Assembly (NCBI GenBank): GCA_964270895.1
Contig: OZ185442.1
Source of the DNA: Podarcis filfolensis
Taxonomy: Eukaryota
Length of the DNA stretch: 64,000 nucleotides
Direction: 5' to 3' (one strand)
Position numbers and translations under genes: made by a program. How positions within the stretch are numbered: the first letter of the stretch is position 1; each line of letters starts with the position of its first letter. Below, piece by piece: positions 25,818 to 36,025 of the stretch. The notes under the pieces were generated by a model. That model was not told where the DNA came from, made no database searches, and saw only the letters and a program-made list of their open reading frames with translations.

Positions 25818-27347
25818 TCTAGGAGAACCAACCCAAAGCTTCACTCTACGGTGTCTAGCAATCTCCTCCCCAAGGCTTCACCCGCTGGATTTTAACAGCC
25901 TCCCCATTCGTGGCCAATTTCTGCAGTGGGAATTCAGGTGCATGAGGTTGTCCACAAGGTAATCTGATGCTCAATAAACTCAGCCGCCATCAATTTCAGC
26001 TGGCCAGATTTTCCACCTTGTCTGGGATGTGGCTCAAGATGAAGTTCAAGACAAGAGAGACTCTTTCTGTCTTGATAATTCCCCAGATCCTTAGCATGGG
26101 GCAGATGCCAGAGCCGCCAGGGCTCACTGGTGAAAAACTGGTTGTTTGAATCCTCAAAGGTTGTTGAGCCTGCTAATTTGATCCTTCCAGGTTAAATTGC
26201 CATTCTAATGTTCATTCTCCAAGAGGGTTGGCCACTTTCTCTTGTAAAGCCAGTTAGGTTGCTGATCCTCACAACTCCTGGTTGCAGTCACCCTCCTAGG
26301 GCACACATTTTTCTAGGGTGTGTGGATTTCTTCCATGTGGCATTTTCACTTTCCTTACAAGCCATGTAAGAGAAGTAATCTTGACAGGATTGCATAAGGG
26401 GTGGTGGTGGAGGTGGCAGAAGAGGCTCCTGCAGGCCAGGCCAAGGGGCAACTACCGCCATGCTGAATCTGGCAAGGCAGTGAGCGTCACTCGCCTCTGC
26501 TTTTTGCTCTCCAGGCCCGGCACCAACAACTTCCCCGCCCCCTTCCTCCATCTGCCACTGATCCACTCATTTCTCTCTAAGTCCCCCTCCCGCCCCTTCC
26601 TTGGTATTTAGATAAATTATCACTATGCAGAGCTTTACGGCGCTTCTACTACGTAGGAACTAGACTAGACTAGATATAGATAGTAAATGGCGGCGAAAGG
26701 GCCCTCTGCCCATGCTCGGAGGTATCGTCTCCGCGACCGTCCAGGCTAGAACTGCTACTACGCTCAGCTCTTTCCGAAACAGCGCCTGGCCATTTTGAAG
26801 AAGGAAAACTGTCTGATGGAGGAAGCCGAGCAGCCGGGATGGAGGAAAGCACAAGGCAGACGCCGCCGAGCTTGAGGGAGCCTCGGCTACCCGATTTACA
26901 GCTTCGGCGCCGAATGAGTTAAGGCGGCAGCAGCTCCGCTCCCCCCCCCCGCCATCCCAATGGTTTTGTTCCCCCTCCCCCGAAATCGCTCCTCCTGCAA
27001 TGACAGCATTGTCTGGGCTGGGGGGCGGCGGCAGGCCAGCCTCGAGACACCCCCCCCTCTGCCCGCCGTCGCGCGTGCCCATCCTCCGCGCGCTGCCTCG
27101 GGAGTCCGGCGGGCCAGGGAGCCAAGGGCGCGACGGGCTCCCCGGGAAGGGAGGCAGAGGCAAGCCCCCTTGCCTTGCGCGCCCCTCCCCGCCAGGCTTG
27201 TTTACGGGTTTCGGCCTCCCGCAGTAGTAGCAGCAGCAACTCCAGCCTCCGCCCCCCCCCCCGTCCTCGCATCCTCCCCATTCTGTGCAGACGGGGCGCG
27301 GCGGCGGCGGCGCCGGCCGGTGCCTTCCTTCTTCCGAAGCGGCTCAC

Positions 27348-27416
27348 CTTCATGTCGTTGACGATGGCTTGGAAGAGGCCGCCCAGCGCCCCGCACTCCT
27401 TCTCCGCCGTCTCCAT
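27348..27416 (-). CDS. MTSS2: MTSS2 (MTSS1L/ABBA) coding exon 1, METAEKECGALGGLFQAIVNDMK
   Basis: Translation matches the MTSS2 I-BAR N-terminus as I recall it; start context gccATGg; 69 nt followed by donor gtgagc; lies in a CpG island. Confidence 0.97.
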
Positions 27417-27574
27417 GGCCGAGCGGCGGCAGCCCGTCGAGGGGGGCCAGTCCCGACACAGCCCCGCGAAGGCGAAGGCGGCGTCTCCTCCTCCTCCTCC
27501 CTCTGCCTCGCCGCAGCCTCTCTCTCTCTGTCTCTCGCGCTCGCTCGCTCGGCTCCTCGGCGCGCCTCCCTCGG

Positions 27575-27655
27575 TCACTTCCCGCCACGGGCGGCCCTCC
27601 GCGCTGCCGCAGCCGGGAGCGAAGGCGATGAAGAGGCGCTCCGAGCAGTGGCCAT
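27575..27655 (-). other. Candidate uORF in the MTSS2 leader, MATARSASSSPSLPAAAARRAARGGK*
   Basis: aggATGg context, 26 codons, TGA ends 158 nt upstream of the main ATG; depends on the TSS lying upstream of 27655. Confidence 0.45.
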
Positions 27656-29227
27656 CCTCTGGCCCGGAGCAGCAGCAGCAGCGACGACGAGAAGGGCGGC
27701 GAGCGCCCCGCCGGCCGGGGAGGGGGAGGAAAAGAGCGTCGCCGCGCGCAAAAGGGGAGCCGGGCGGACGCCTCAGAGGGACGGGGCGCAGGAGAAGGCA
27801 GCCGGAATCCGAGGGGAAGGAGCGGGGCGGGGGGGGGGGGGAGAGAGAGAGAGGGATCCAGTCACGTGGGCGATGCGGGGAGGGGGCGGGCCGGGAGGAG
27901 GGGGAGGGGCCGCCCAAGCTAGGGGCTTTGCAGGGAGAGCGGTGGAGCTGACGCCGACGCCACTCGTGGAGAGCCCGCGGGTGACCCGCAACTCCGCGCT
28001 CCGCCTGGGCAGCTTCGATGCAGCGGCTTCTTGCTCTCGCCCACCGAAGCCTGGAGCTGCCGAGGGGGCCATCGAAGACCCTCCCCTCGCCGCTAACAGG
28101 AGGCGGCTGGCCCCTTGGGGACAGGAGACACCCCTCCTGTCGGACCCGAGGGGAGTGGGCGGGAGGGAGACTTGGTGGGTCTCGGCTACACATGGGGGGC
28201 GGGGTGCAGAGCAGTTGCGTTTTCTGGCTTTTGCCTCGAAGCTCCACGCTGCGTGGACGGGCTGGACTTTCCCCAGCCCCCGTCTGCAAAATGGGAGCAA
28301 CCCTGCCCAACCTCTCCAGGGGAAGCAGGGTGGCACCATCACCCAAGCTTGCCTCCGCTGCTTGGCAGCCGCTCTCCAGAACCTCAGACCTGGCTCGACT
28401 GCTGCCGGGGATCGAACCTGCCCCATTCTGCAGGCCAAACAGCAGCCCTCCCGCTGAGCTACGGCCTTCTTAACTGTAGGGCGCCCTGCTCAAGAAGCAG
28501 GGGCCTCTTGGGCCTAAAGCTAGAAACCAGGTCAAGGTCAAAGGCAACCCGGAGCTCAAAGTTCACCTGCAGCGTCTCCACGGAGTTACTGCTTAGGCCT
28601 TGCTTCTACCTAGGTAGTAAGAGATTGTGGGTGGGGAGGTGCTGGTATCATTGCATTGCTGCTGCAGCTGCTGCATGATTATCTGCTCTAGAAGAGGCTG
28701 CTTGTTGCATCACTCCTTGAGGCCCTGCTGTCCTAAGTAGGAGGCACAGCCAGATATGCAAGAGAATCAGCTTCTCAAAAGGCAGGCAGATTTTCCTGTC
28801 ACAATTAGTAAACCTTTTCAACCAGAAGGCCACAAAGTGAGGTTCCAGATTTAATGCAGGTACACAGAAGGAACTGCAGAAGCCCCTGCAAGTGAGAGTT
28901 TGCAAAGAAAAGTGTGGCTAAAAAGGGAGCTTTGCCTGTGGAAATGATACTCATTGATCCAGGAGAAGCCTTTATTTTTTAAAAAAACTTTATTCATACA
29001 GGACACCAAAGGTTAAATAAAATGTCAGGGTTCAAATTACTAGGGTAAAGGACTTCCCCACTCTGTAATAGAAGAAAATGCCATGTCTGTTCACAGAAAT
29101 GAAAGCAACCAGACCTACTTCTGAGTATAACGTGCAGGATGAGGGAGCACTTTATGCAGAGTGGATAGCAGCAGAAAGAAGGTCCAGCACCTGCTGTGGT
29201 ACCTTCAGACTGGCACACAGGATAGAT

Positions 29228-29390
29228 TCACCTTCCAACCTGCTTTCCTCCAGCTGTCTTCAACTAGAATTCCCATCAGACCCAAAATCATACCGTCTTG
29301 TTGGCTGGGGCTGATAGAGGATCCTTTCCAGCTCTACAGTTCTATGAACTGTAGTCCAAAACAGCTGGAGGAAAAGGCTGGGTAAGTCTT
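29228..29390. mobile_element. Hairpin hAT-type MITE just past the VAC14 polyA signals
   Basis: ccttccaacctg..cctccagctg / tgtagtccaaaacagctggagg..ggctgggtaag inverted arms. Confidence 0.65.
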
Positions 29391-29521
29391 GGGCAGCAAA
29401 CTGAGGTTTCAGCAGGCCCCCTTGGCCCAAACAGCAGTGCAAACTGGGCAACCCCTTTGATCTCTCTCATGGCAGGGAGGATGTAGCCAAAGGAAGTGAA
29501 GTCCATTCTGCCATCAATCAT

Positions 29522-29543
29522 TTTATTTGCCATACCTTTTATT
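29522..29543 (-). terminator. VAC14: Tandem AATAAA polyadenylation signals, probable VAC14 3' end
   Basis: Minus strand reads AATAAAaggtatggcaAATAAA, about 700 nt past the stop codon. Confidence 0.7.
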
Positions 29544-30235
29544 GCAAGGAGTGTTTTACAATAGTACAAAGAAATCCAAGCTAGAAATACAGTTGGTCTA
29601 TAGAGATCTATATATACACATACACACAGGTTAGCTGTAAGCTAAGACTGTGCAGTCCAAACACATGGTTTTTTTGGGGCTGGGTGGGAAGCTGGCAAGG
29701 GAGGTGATCCTGCTGGGAGTTCATAGCAGTTGACCAATCCACACATGGGGACCAGTGTGCAAGCCCACAGGGCTGCTGAGAGGGGTCAAGGCGCTGTGGA
29801 TTTGGCAACTGCATCCCCAAATCAGTGGGGAGGAAGGGCTGCACCAGGGTTTCCCACACACCCTCCCCCCTCTCAGGCTGGAAGTAGGAAGTCCTCCCAT
29901 TTCTTTTCCCCCCTCTGGCAGTCACAAAAGCACGGCTATGACCATCAGATGACCATCACAAGGGAAGGGGAGGGCTCTTGCACCACTGCCAGAGAGGAAA
30001 AGCACATCCCAAACTAGACAGCAGCTTCTTGTTCCACCTCACAAGCAAATCTTGCCTGGGAAGATCAGAAAAGGCCCCCCAGAACATGCTGGCTCGTCTC
30101 CACAGCAAGGTGACATCTCTTCAATGTGTAGCTAGCAGCAATATCCAGCCAAGGTCTCTTCCCAACTCCAAGCCATGGAGTTTAGCTACTCCGGCTGCTT
30201 GGCTGCTTCCTCTTGTGTCCCTTGGGTTCCGGCCT

Positions 30236-30404
30236 TCAGAAGACAGTTCTCCGATCCAGGTTCTCGCCCCGGTTGGCTCGCTGGTGCCGGACCTGGAGGT
30301 GTTTGCTCTGGACCTTCTCAAAGTGTTGCAGCAACTCTGCGTAGTCTATGGCAGGGGTGGTGACAGAGGTCTTCTTGGAGGTGAGGCTGGCCTTTGGGCC
30401 ATCC
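30236..30404 (-). CDS. VAC14: VAC14 last coding exon, [55 protein letters not shown]
   Basis: Acceptor ctccccag; G+GAT in frame with the previous exon; conserved [14 protein letters not shown] motif; TGA at 30236-30238. Confidence 0.96.
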
Positions 30405-30705
30405 CTGGGGAGAGGGAAGAGAGAGCATCAGGGGCTGGGGACTGTTGCCAACAGACATGTGGCCAGAAAGAGGGGCTGGGGACTGGAAGACACATGCACT
30501 CTTGAGATAGTCACCACTCAGGTGCCCATGGATGCAACAGTAAAAAAGAAGGGCAATGCTGTAACCACCTCTACTCCGTCTCCCTGCAATCATATGCATG
30601 TACAGCAGGACCCTTTTGTGCTCAACCAATCCCTTTGAGGAAGGGGAAATGTTCTTGAAGTTGCACAAGACCTCCTGGTATTCTTGCTCACTACAGACTA
30701 TCTCT

Positions 30706-30814
30706 GAATAGAATCATAGTATCACAGAATTGGAAGGGACCTCAAGTATCATCTAGCCCAATCCTCTGCAATGCAGGGATCTCAGCTAAAGCATCCATAA
30801 CATATGGCAATCCA
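30706..30814 (-). mobile_element. CR1 3' terminus
   Basis: gaatagaatcatag..gaattggaagggacc..catctag.ccaa.cctctgcaatgcagg, the reverse of the (ATTCTRTG)n-tailed CR1 end. Confidence 0.8.
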
Positions 30815-32889
30815 TACGTTTACAAATAACAGAATTGTTGCTTCAGAGAAAATACATCTGATACTGTTTTAATATTCAGGATTTCTCTTCCCAATCTCAT
30901 AGAAGGGTAAGCTAAAACGCAAATATTAAAACCACAGAAATCCAGCCCAGGTGTAACGAATCTGAGTCAGCCACAAGAGCTTTGCTCCACCTGAAGTTCA
31001 ACACAGCTGGCCTTCAGAATTGGCAGGCAAGTGGCTGCCCAAGGCGATGCCCCCCACCTCTGACCCCCATTTCCTGAATATGCAGCCTGAGACTGATCTT
31101 GATTCTCATGCAGAGACCTCAAGGGCAGTGAGGAATAATGCCTGCCAAGCTCTTCAGTGTTCTTGAGCCATCCCCATTTATCTCAAAGTGGTGTCTGCCT
31201 GCAACTTCCTTCATTCAAAGCCAATCACGTTCTTGAAAAAGATTGGTTTTCTGAATCAGAAATGTACAAGGGCTGTTTTCAACATGGAGGTCTCCAAGAT
31301 CCTCCCAACTGACTTGTATTTTGCTTTGTTTTCGTTCACGACATTTGTGGACTGCCCTTCATAATATTTATCTTCATAATATTTATCCCAGGGCAGCATG
31401 CTGAGGAACCTCTCCTTGTGCTCTGTAGATTGTTCTGGGGCATGCAATCAGTTCACGTGGCATGAACTAGTTTATTGCAAACCATATACACCCAAAAACT
31501 CCCCTGTGGTTGCAGATTGCAGGGGAAGATGGAAGCAGACATGTGAGCAGTGTCCTGTCCGCCTTCACTTATCTTCTCACTGAGGAAGCCCTTAAAAGCT
31601 ACCATTACAACCTAGATAGTTTGAAAAAAGGACCTTGGCTGGATCACCCATCACAGCCTCAAGCAGAGAAATTTGCAGCCAACCAACCCTCCCTCCCTAT
31701 CAAGAGGGAGGGGAGCAAAGAGGTTTCCCTCCATGGCTCCCCACAAATGCCAGGAATGACATGTACGTGCAAGGATGCTGTGTTTCCTCATAGGACAATT
31801 GTGTAGGTCTCACAGCCAAGACAAAATGCCAACCCTGTATCTGACCTGGGCAGTTTGAATCTCGTCCTCTCTGCTTCCTACAAGCTCCCAACATTCATAA
31901 TGGGGCAAGAAGGGCTCTTTATCCTAGCCTGCCCTTTTGGTGTGACTAATCCAGGGTGTATTTGGAGACAAAGCCCAGTGCCTGAGCTCTGCTCAAACTG
32001 CAAAGAATTTCCTGTTTGCACCCCTCTCCCTTTGGTAAGCGGACAGCCCAGTGGTTGGTGCTCTGTGGCTCAGCACCCTGGAACTGCAAGTGGGATGGGA
32101 AGGCAGGCAAGACGGGGGGTGGGTGGGGGGTAGATGCAGGAACAACAGCTGGAATAAGAGGCAGCAGCAACAGGGCTGCTTGAGCTGCCAACCAGATTCC
32201 AGGAATTACAGGCCTTCATCAGGGAGCAGTATCACAAGAAGATCTCCCTCCATTTGCCAGCTCAAAGGCAGCTGTCTCTAGGAAGGCTTACAGCAGATAC
32301 AAGCTAGCACACTCATGTCCACAGCTCTGCTCCCATAGTAGGTTGGCTTAATAGTGGTGAATCGTTCTAAGTAAGCATGCTTAGGATTGCACTGTAAAGC
32401 AAATGGCTGAATCTGTGTTTGGTGACAAACACCGAACCGAGCGCAGAATTGAGCGCACTCTGAGCGCACACCCTCCTGCTTTCTCCAAAATTGAGGGGAA
32501 TATGAAACACAGGAGTGATGTAAACCAAAACTGGCGTAGATGCGAACAGGTTTATAGGCTAAAAACCGGCTGTTAGTAGACACTTGTCTACAATCACTGG
32601 CTGATTAGCTGTAATGTCACAGAATGTTCATAAACATTACCAGTTGCTAAGAGGAAAGTAGGAGGACAGTTTGACAAAAGCAAACCTCATTTAGGGCCTA
32701 AAGGCAAATGGGATGGGATGGAGGAAGGGGGTCCATCTGCGCAGGGGGTTGCATAATACCTTAAAATAGGCAGATACACCTTGCAATGATAGCTCATGTA
32801 CTTAATTATGCAAAGGACACTGGACTAAATAAGAGTCCTTGCAATGTTATAATACTTTGCAACTCCTTGCATATAATATTGTTACAAAA

Positions 32890-32980
32890 TCTTACAAGTT
32901 TGTCTTTTTTGTAAACCACTCTGAGGTGTTTTGTGGTTTACAATCAAGCAGCACATAAATTTCATGGAATAAATAAATAT
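32890..32980 (+). mobile_element. L2 3' tail
   Basis: tgtaaaccactctgag..aagcagcacataaatt..aataaataaat. Confidence 0.55.
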
Positions 32981-33059
32981 TTGTGATTAGGCAACTGAAC
33001 TAAATTATTGGAAATATTAGTGTTTCTATCTAATATTTGGTAAATGATATAACTGGAAA

Positions 33060-33123
33060 CCTGGTGTGCTCTGGTCCATGGGGTCACGAAGAGTCGGACA
33101 CGACTAAACGACTAAACAACAAC
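33060..33123 (+). mobile_element. 64-bp 5'-truncated BovB (RTE) LINE or BovB-tailed Sauria SINE insertion
   Basis: ctggtgtgctctggtccatggggtcacgaagagtcggacacgactaaacgactaaacaacaac matches the BovB 3' terminus as I recall it; perfect 11-bp TSD ATAACTGGAAA at 33049-33059 and 33124-33134. Confidence 0.88.
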
Positions 33124-33740
33124 ATAACTGGAAAGGGGTAGTCTCATTTTATGCATGTTTGGAAGTGCAGCTGAATTCTATGGCCTGGATGTGCCCAGGA
33201 CCACAGCCTTAGTTTCAGAGAGAGTTAAAGAGAGATTTCTATAGCAAAATGCAATTGGGAAACGAATTGGGGTTTTTCATCAGCTCTCGCCCCCTTCACC
33301 GGAGGCAGCCAGCACCTTCCTTGTTCTGGAGCACTGACCCTGGTCAGTAGGACCACAATGGGCTCCAGATGGGGCCTACTTGTCCCTAGAATTGCTGGGC
33401 AAGAGCAGAACCTGGCAAAAATGTGGCATCTCTTGTCTCCAGTCCTTGCTCTACAAGCCTGTTGGGGATACTGTGCTGTAATCTCAAAAGTTGCAAGAGA
33501 GTTTAAGAGAAGTGTTGTTGGTCAGTGGCTACCTTCCTGCTCCTCCTGCACAACAGTTCAAAGCACTTTGCCCTCTTCCCCGGCTAATCTGTCACTGATC
33601 AGCCCTTCCTTTACATGAGCCCTTGCCCACTGCCCCCAAAGAAAGCACATGCTTTGAAACACTGGAAGCAGAGCAAGCAAACTGGTCAGATTTGCCTAAC
33701 CTGCTATGATTGCAGGGTGAGGATGCTTTTGATTCAGATC

Positions 33741-33745
<5 letters not shown>

Positions 33746-33788
<43 letters not shown>
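33746..33788. repeat. Compound (CT)n(GT)n microsatellite
   Basis: Directly visible. Confidence 0.9.
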
Positions 33789-34119
33789 CTGTGCACACCC
33801 ATAGCGTATACAGGGCCAGCTCCAAACAAAACAAAACCTGCTGTTAACAGTTATCAACTTCGCAAATCCCCACCAGACACTCTCTTTCAGCAAGTCAAAA
33901 GAGACCTCCAAACTGCTGCTGACCTAAGCTGGTCCAAGAAAGAGAGCACTTCTCCAGTTCTATCCGCCTTTTCCCCTGGATTCAATGCAGCAGCAGCAGC
34001 AACAACTGCCTTGGAAATTCATTTTCCACAAGGAAAGAAGTGAAATGTCATGATGGAAGAGTTTAGTCCTTGGCAACCAGCAGAAGGATGTTGCAAGAAG
34101 TGGGAGGTAGAGAGGATGG

Positions 34120-35303
34120 GGTTCCAAAGGGATGGAAAGACTTGGAGGATGCCAGGCATTGCAACCCCTATGGTTGTCGCCAATTGAAACAATTACAATT
34201 AAAAGAATAAACATGGATAGGTGGTGGGTGACCTATAGAGATTTGTTGGACTTTTCGAGGAACAAACCCGGACTGAAACCACTGGAAGAAGTAAGGAGCC
34301 AAGTTACTGATTGGCTTCTGTATCACCAATTACATGATATGTTTAAATTAGATAAGAAAAATTGTGGGTTTTTTAAAAAGCTCTCTGTTCGAAAAAAGAG
34401 TTATTGACGAACAAGGAAAAATTATTGTCCAAAATGTATACACTATTATTGGAATGGGAAACAAAAGATGAGCTGATTAAAGAATCAATGACTCACTGGG
34501 CAATGGATATAGGATATAATATAGACGTAAACCTCTGGGAGAAACTTTGGGAAAAGCTATCTGAAATTTACTGCATGCTACACACTGAAAAGAGAATTAT
34601 ATGAAAATGATCCATAGATGGTATTTAACTCCGAGTAGATTGGCTAAGATGTATAAGGTGGAATCGGACTTGTGTTGGAAATGCAAAGAAGTAGAAGAAA
34701 CTCTTTTCCATATGTGGTGGATATGCAAAAAAGTTAAAGTATACTGGGAAATGATATATAATGAGATGAAAAAGATGTTTAAAACAACTTTCAAAAAAAA
34801 AAAAAGGTAGCGTCATTTCTGTTAGAAATTATTCAGAAAGAGGTTTCCAGGAGTCAGAAGAACTTATTCATGTACGCAACAACAGCGGCTCGGATCTTGT
34901 TAGCCCAAAAATGGAAAGTGAGAGAAGTCCCTAGTAAGGAAGACTGGCAACTTAAGATGATAGAATATGCAGAATTAGCAGGCCTAATAAGTAGAATATG
35001 AGAACAAGAAGAACAGGTATTTAAAGAGGAGTGGAATTTTTTTGTCAAGTATATTGAAAATAATTGTGCACAGTTAAAAATGCTGGCAGTATTAAAGTAA
35101 TTCAACAATATAACATATTTTGAACTGATATAAGATAGGAAAATTAAATTAGTTGGATATATTAAAATATGCAGGAATGGTGGATAAGTTAAATGAACCT
35201 TGGAAAGGGAGGGAGGGAAGTAAATGAATGTATGGTATAATAAAACAAGTTTAATTTGAAATGTAAAATTTGAAAATTTAATAAAAAATATTAATAATTA
35301 AAA
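34120..35303 (+). mobile_element. L1-clade LINE 3' portion (ORF2 C-terminus plus A-rich tail)
   Basis: Successive ORFs 34132-34407, 34404-34604 and 34601-34810 give PxWLSPIE..WxTYRDLL..LLSKMYTLLLEWETKDE..RWYLTPSRLAKMY..CWKC..HMWWxC. Confidence 0.88.
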
Positions 35304-35304
35304 A

Positions 35305-35535
35305 GAGAGTCCCCAACCTCCCAAGGGAGTCTGTTCCACCATTGAACAGTGCTTACTGTCAGAAAATTCTTCCTTATGTTTAGCTGGAATCTCCTTTCTT
35401 GTAACTCGAATCCATTGGTTTGAGTCCTAGCCTCTGGAGCAGGAGAAAACAAGCTTGCTCCATCTTCCATGTGACGGCCCTTTAGATATTTGATGATGGC
35501 TATCATATCTCCCCTCTTTTCCAGGCCAAACAAAA
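35305..35535 (-). mobile_element. CR1 ORF2 C-terminal fragment
   Basis: ORF 35291-35533: RGDMIAIIKYLKG.HMEDGASLFS..NGFELQERRFQLNIRKNFLTV..WNRLP. Confidence 0.9.
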
Positions 35536-35899
35536 TAATTCAAATACTGCTTTAGAAGGGAGAGGGGGGTGAAATCACAAAATAGCTGCATTCTGTACTA
35601 GCTACAGCAGCTGACCCATCTTCAAGGGCAGCCCCACATGTAGGGCACAGCACTAGTCTAAACAGAAGATTACAGGAGCATAAATATCTCTGGCTAGACT
35701 CTTTGTCAGGAGAGGCTGGCACACAAAGCTGGCGAAAGACAAGATGTGCCACTGAGGTCCCTTGTGCTTCTATAGTGGCAGCAGCTAGATCAATAAGCTC
35801 CAACAATCTGCACACACGATTCCTCAAGAGGCGTGTGAACCCACCTAGAAGATCTGGAACACCATCTCCTCAAACAGCCTCTGTCTTGGTGATTCAATT

Positions 35900-36025
35900 A
35901 GGGCTTCTAATGACATCAAGCGATTGACTGGTGGGTGGTCACCTTTGCCAACTGGCAAAGTTGGGCCCTGGGGGTGTGGGGAGATAATGAACTTGCCCTC
36001 TGGGTCAAAAAGGTCCCCCTTCCCT
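35900..36025. mobile_element. End of a putative hAT-type MITE (related to 6450-6575)
   Basis: ttgactggtgggtgg..aaagttgggccc..gggagataa..gggtcaaaaaggtcccc. Confidence 0.4.

Larger units (their letters stand above)
26640..28560 (-). promoter_or_regulatory. MTSS2: CpG island / MTSS2 promoter, 5' UTR and start of intron 1
   Basis: Very GC- and CpG-rich; GC boxes at about 27823-27831 and 27882-27891; E-box gtCACGTG at 27863-27868; G-runs. Exact TSS not determinable from sequence. Confidence 0.9.

Noticed and set aside
26919-28678. Long overlapping ORFs of 187-475 aa on both strands, including a stop-free in-frame extension upstream of the MTSS2 ATG
   Set aside because: Expected in very GC-rich CpG-island DNA; low-complexity R/G/P/A content; the 475-aa ORF starts at TTG and runs through the exon 1 donor. 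Only METAEK..DMK is a recognisable protein.
34132-34810. Host gene suggested by three consecutive ORFs
   Set aside because: They are frameshifted pieces of L1 ORF2.
30706-35535. CR1 pieces at 30706-30814 and 35305-35535 look nearly contiguous in the consensus, as if one copy were split by 4.5 kb
   Set aside because: The intervening DNA is not a single element, there is no TSD, and CR1 fragments are so frequent that coincidence is likely.
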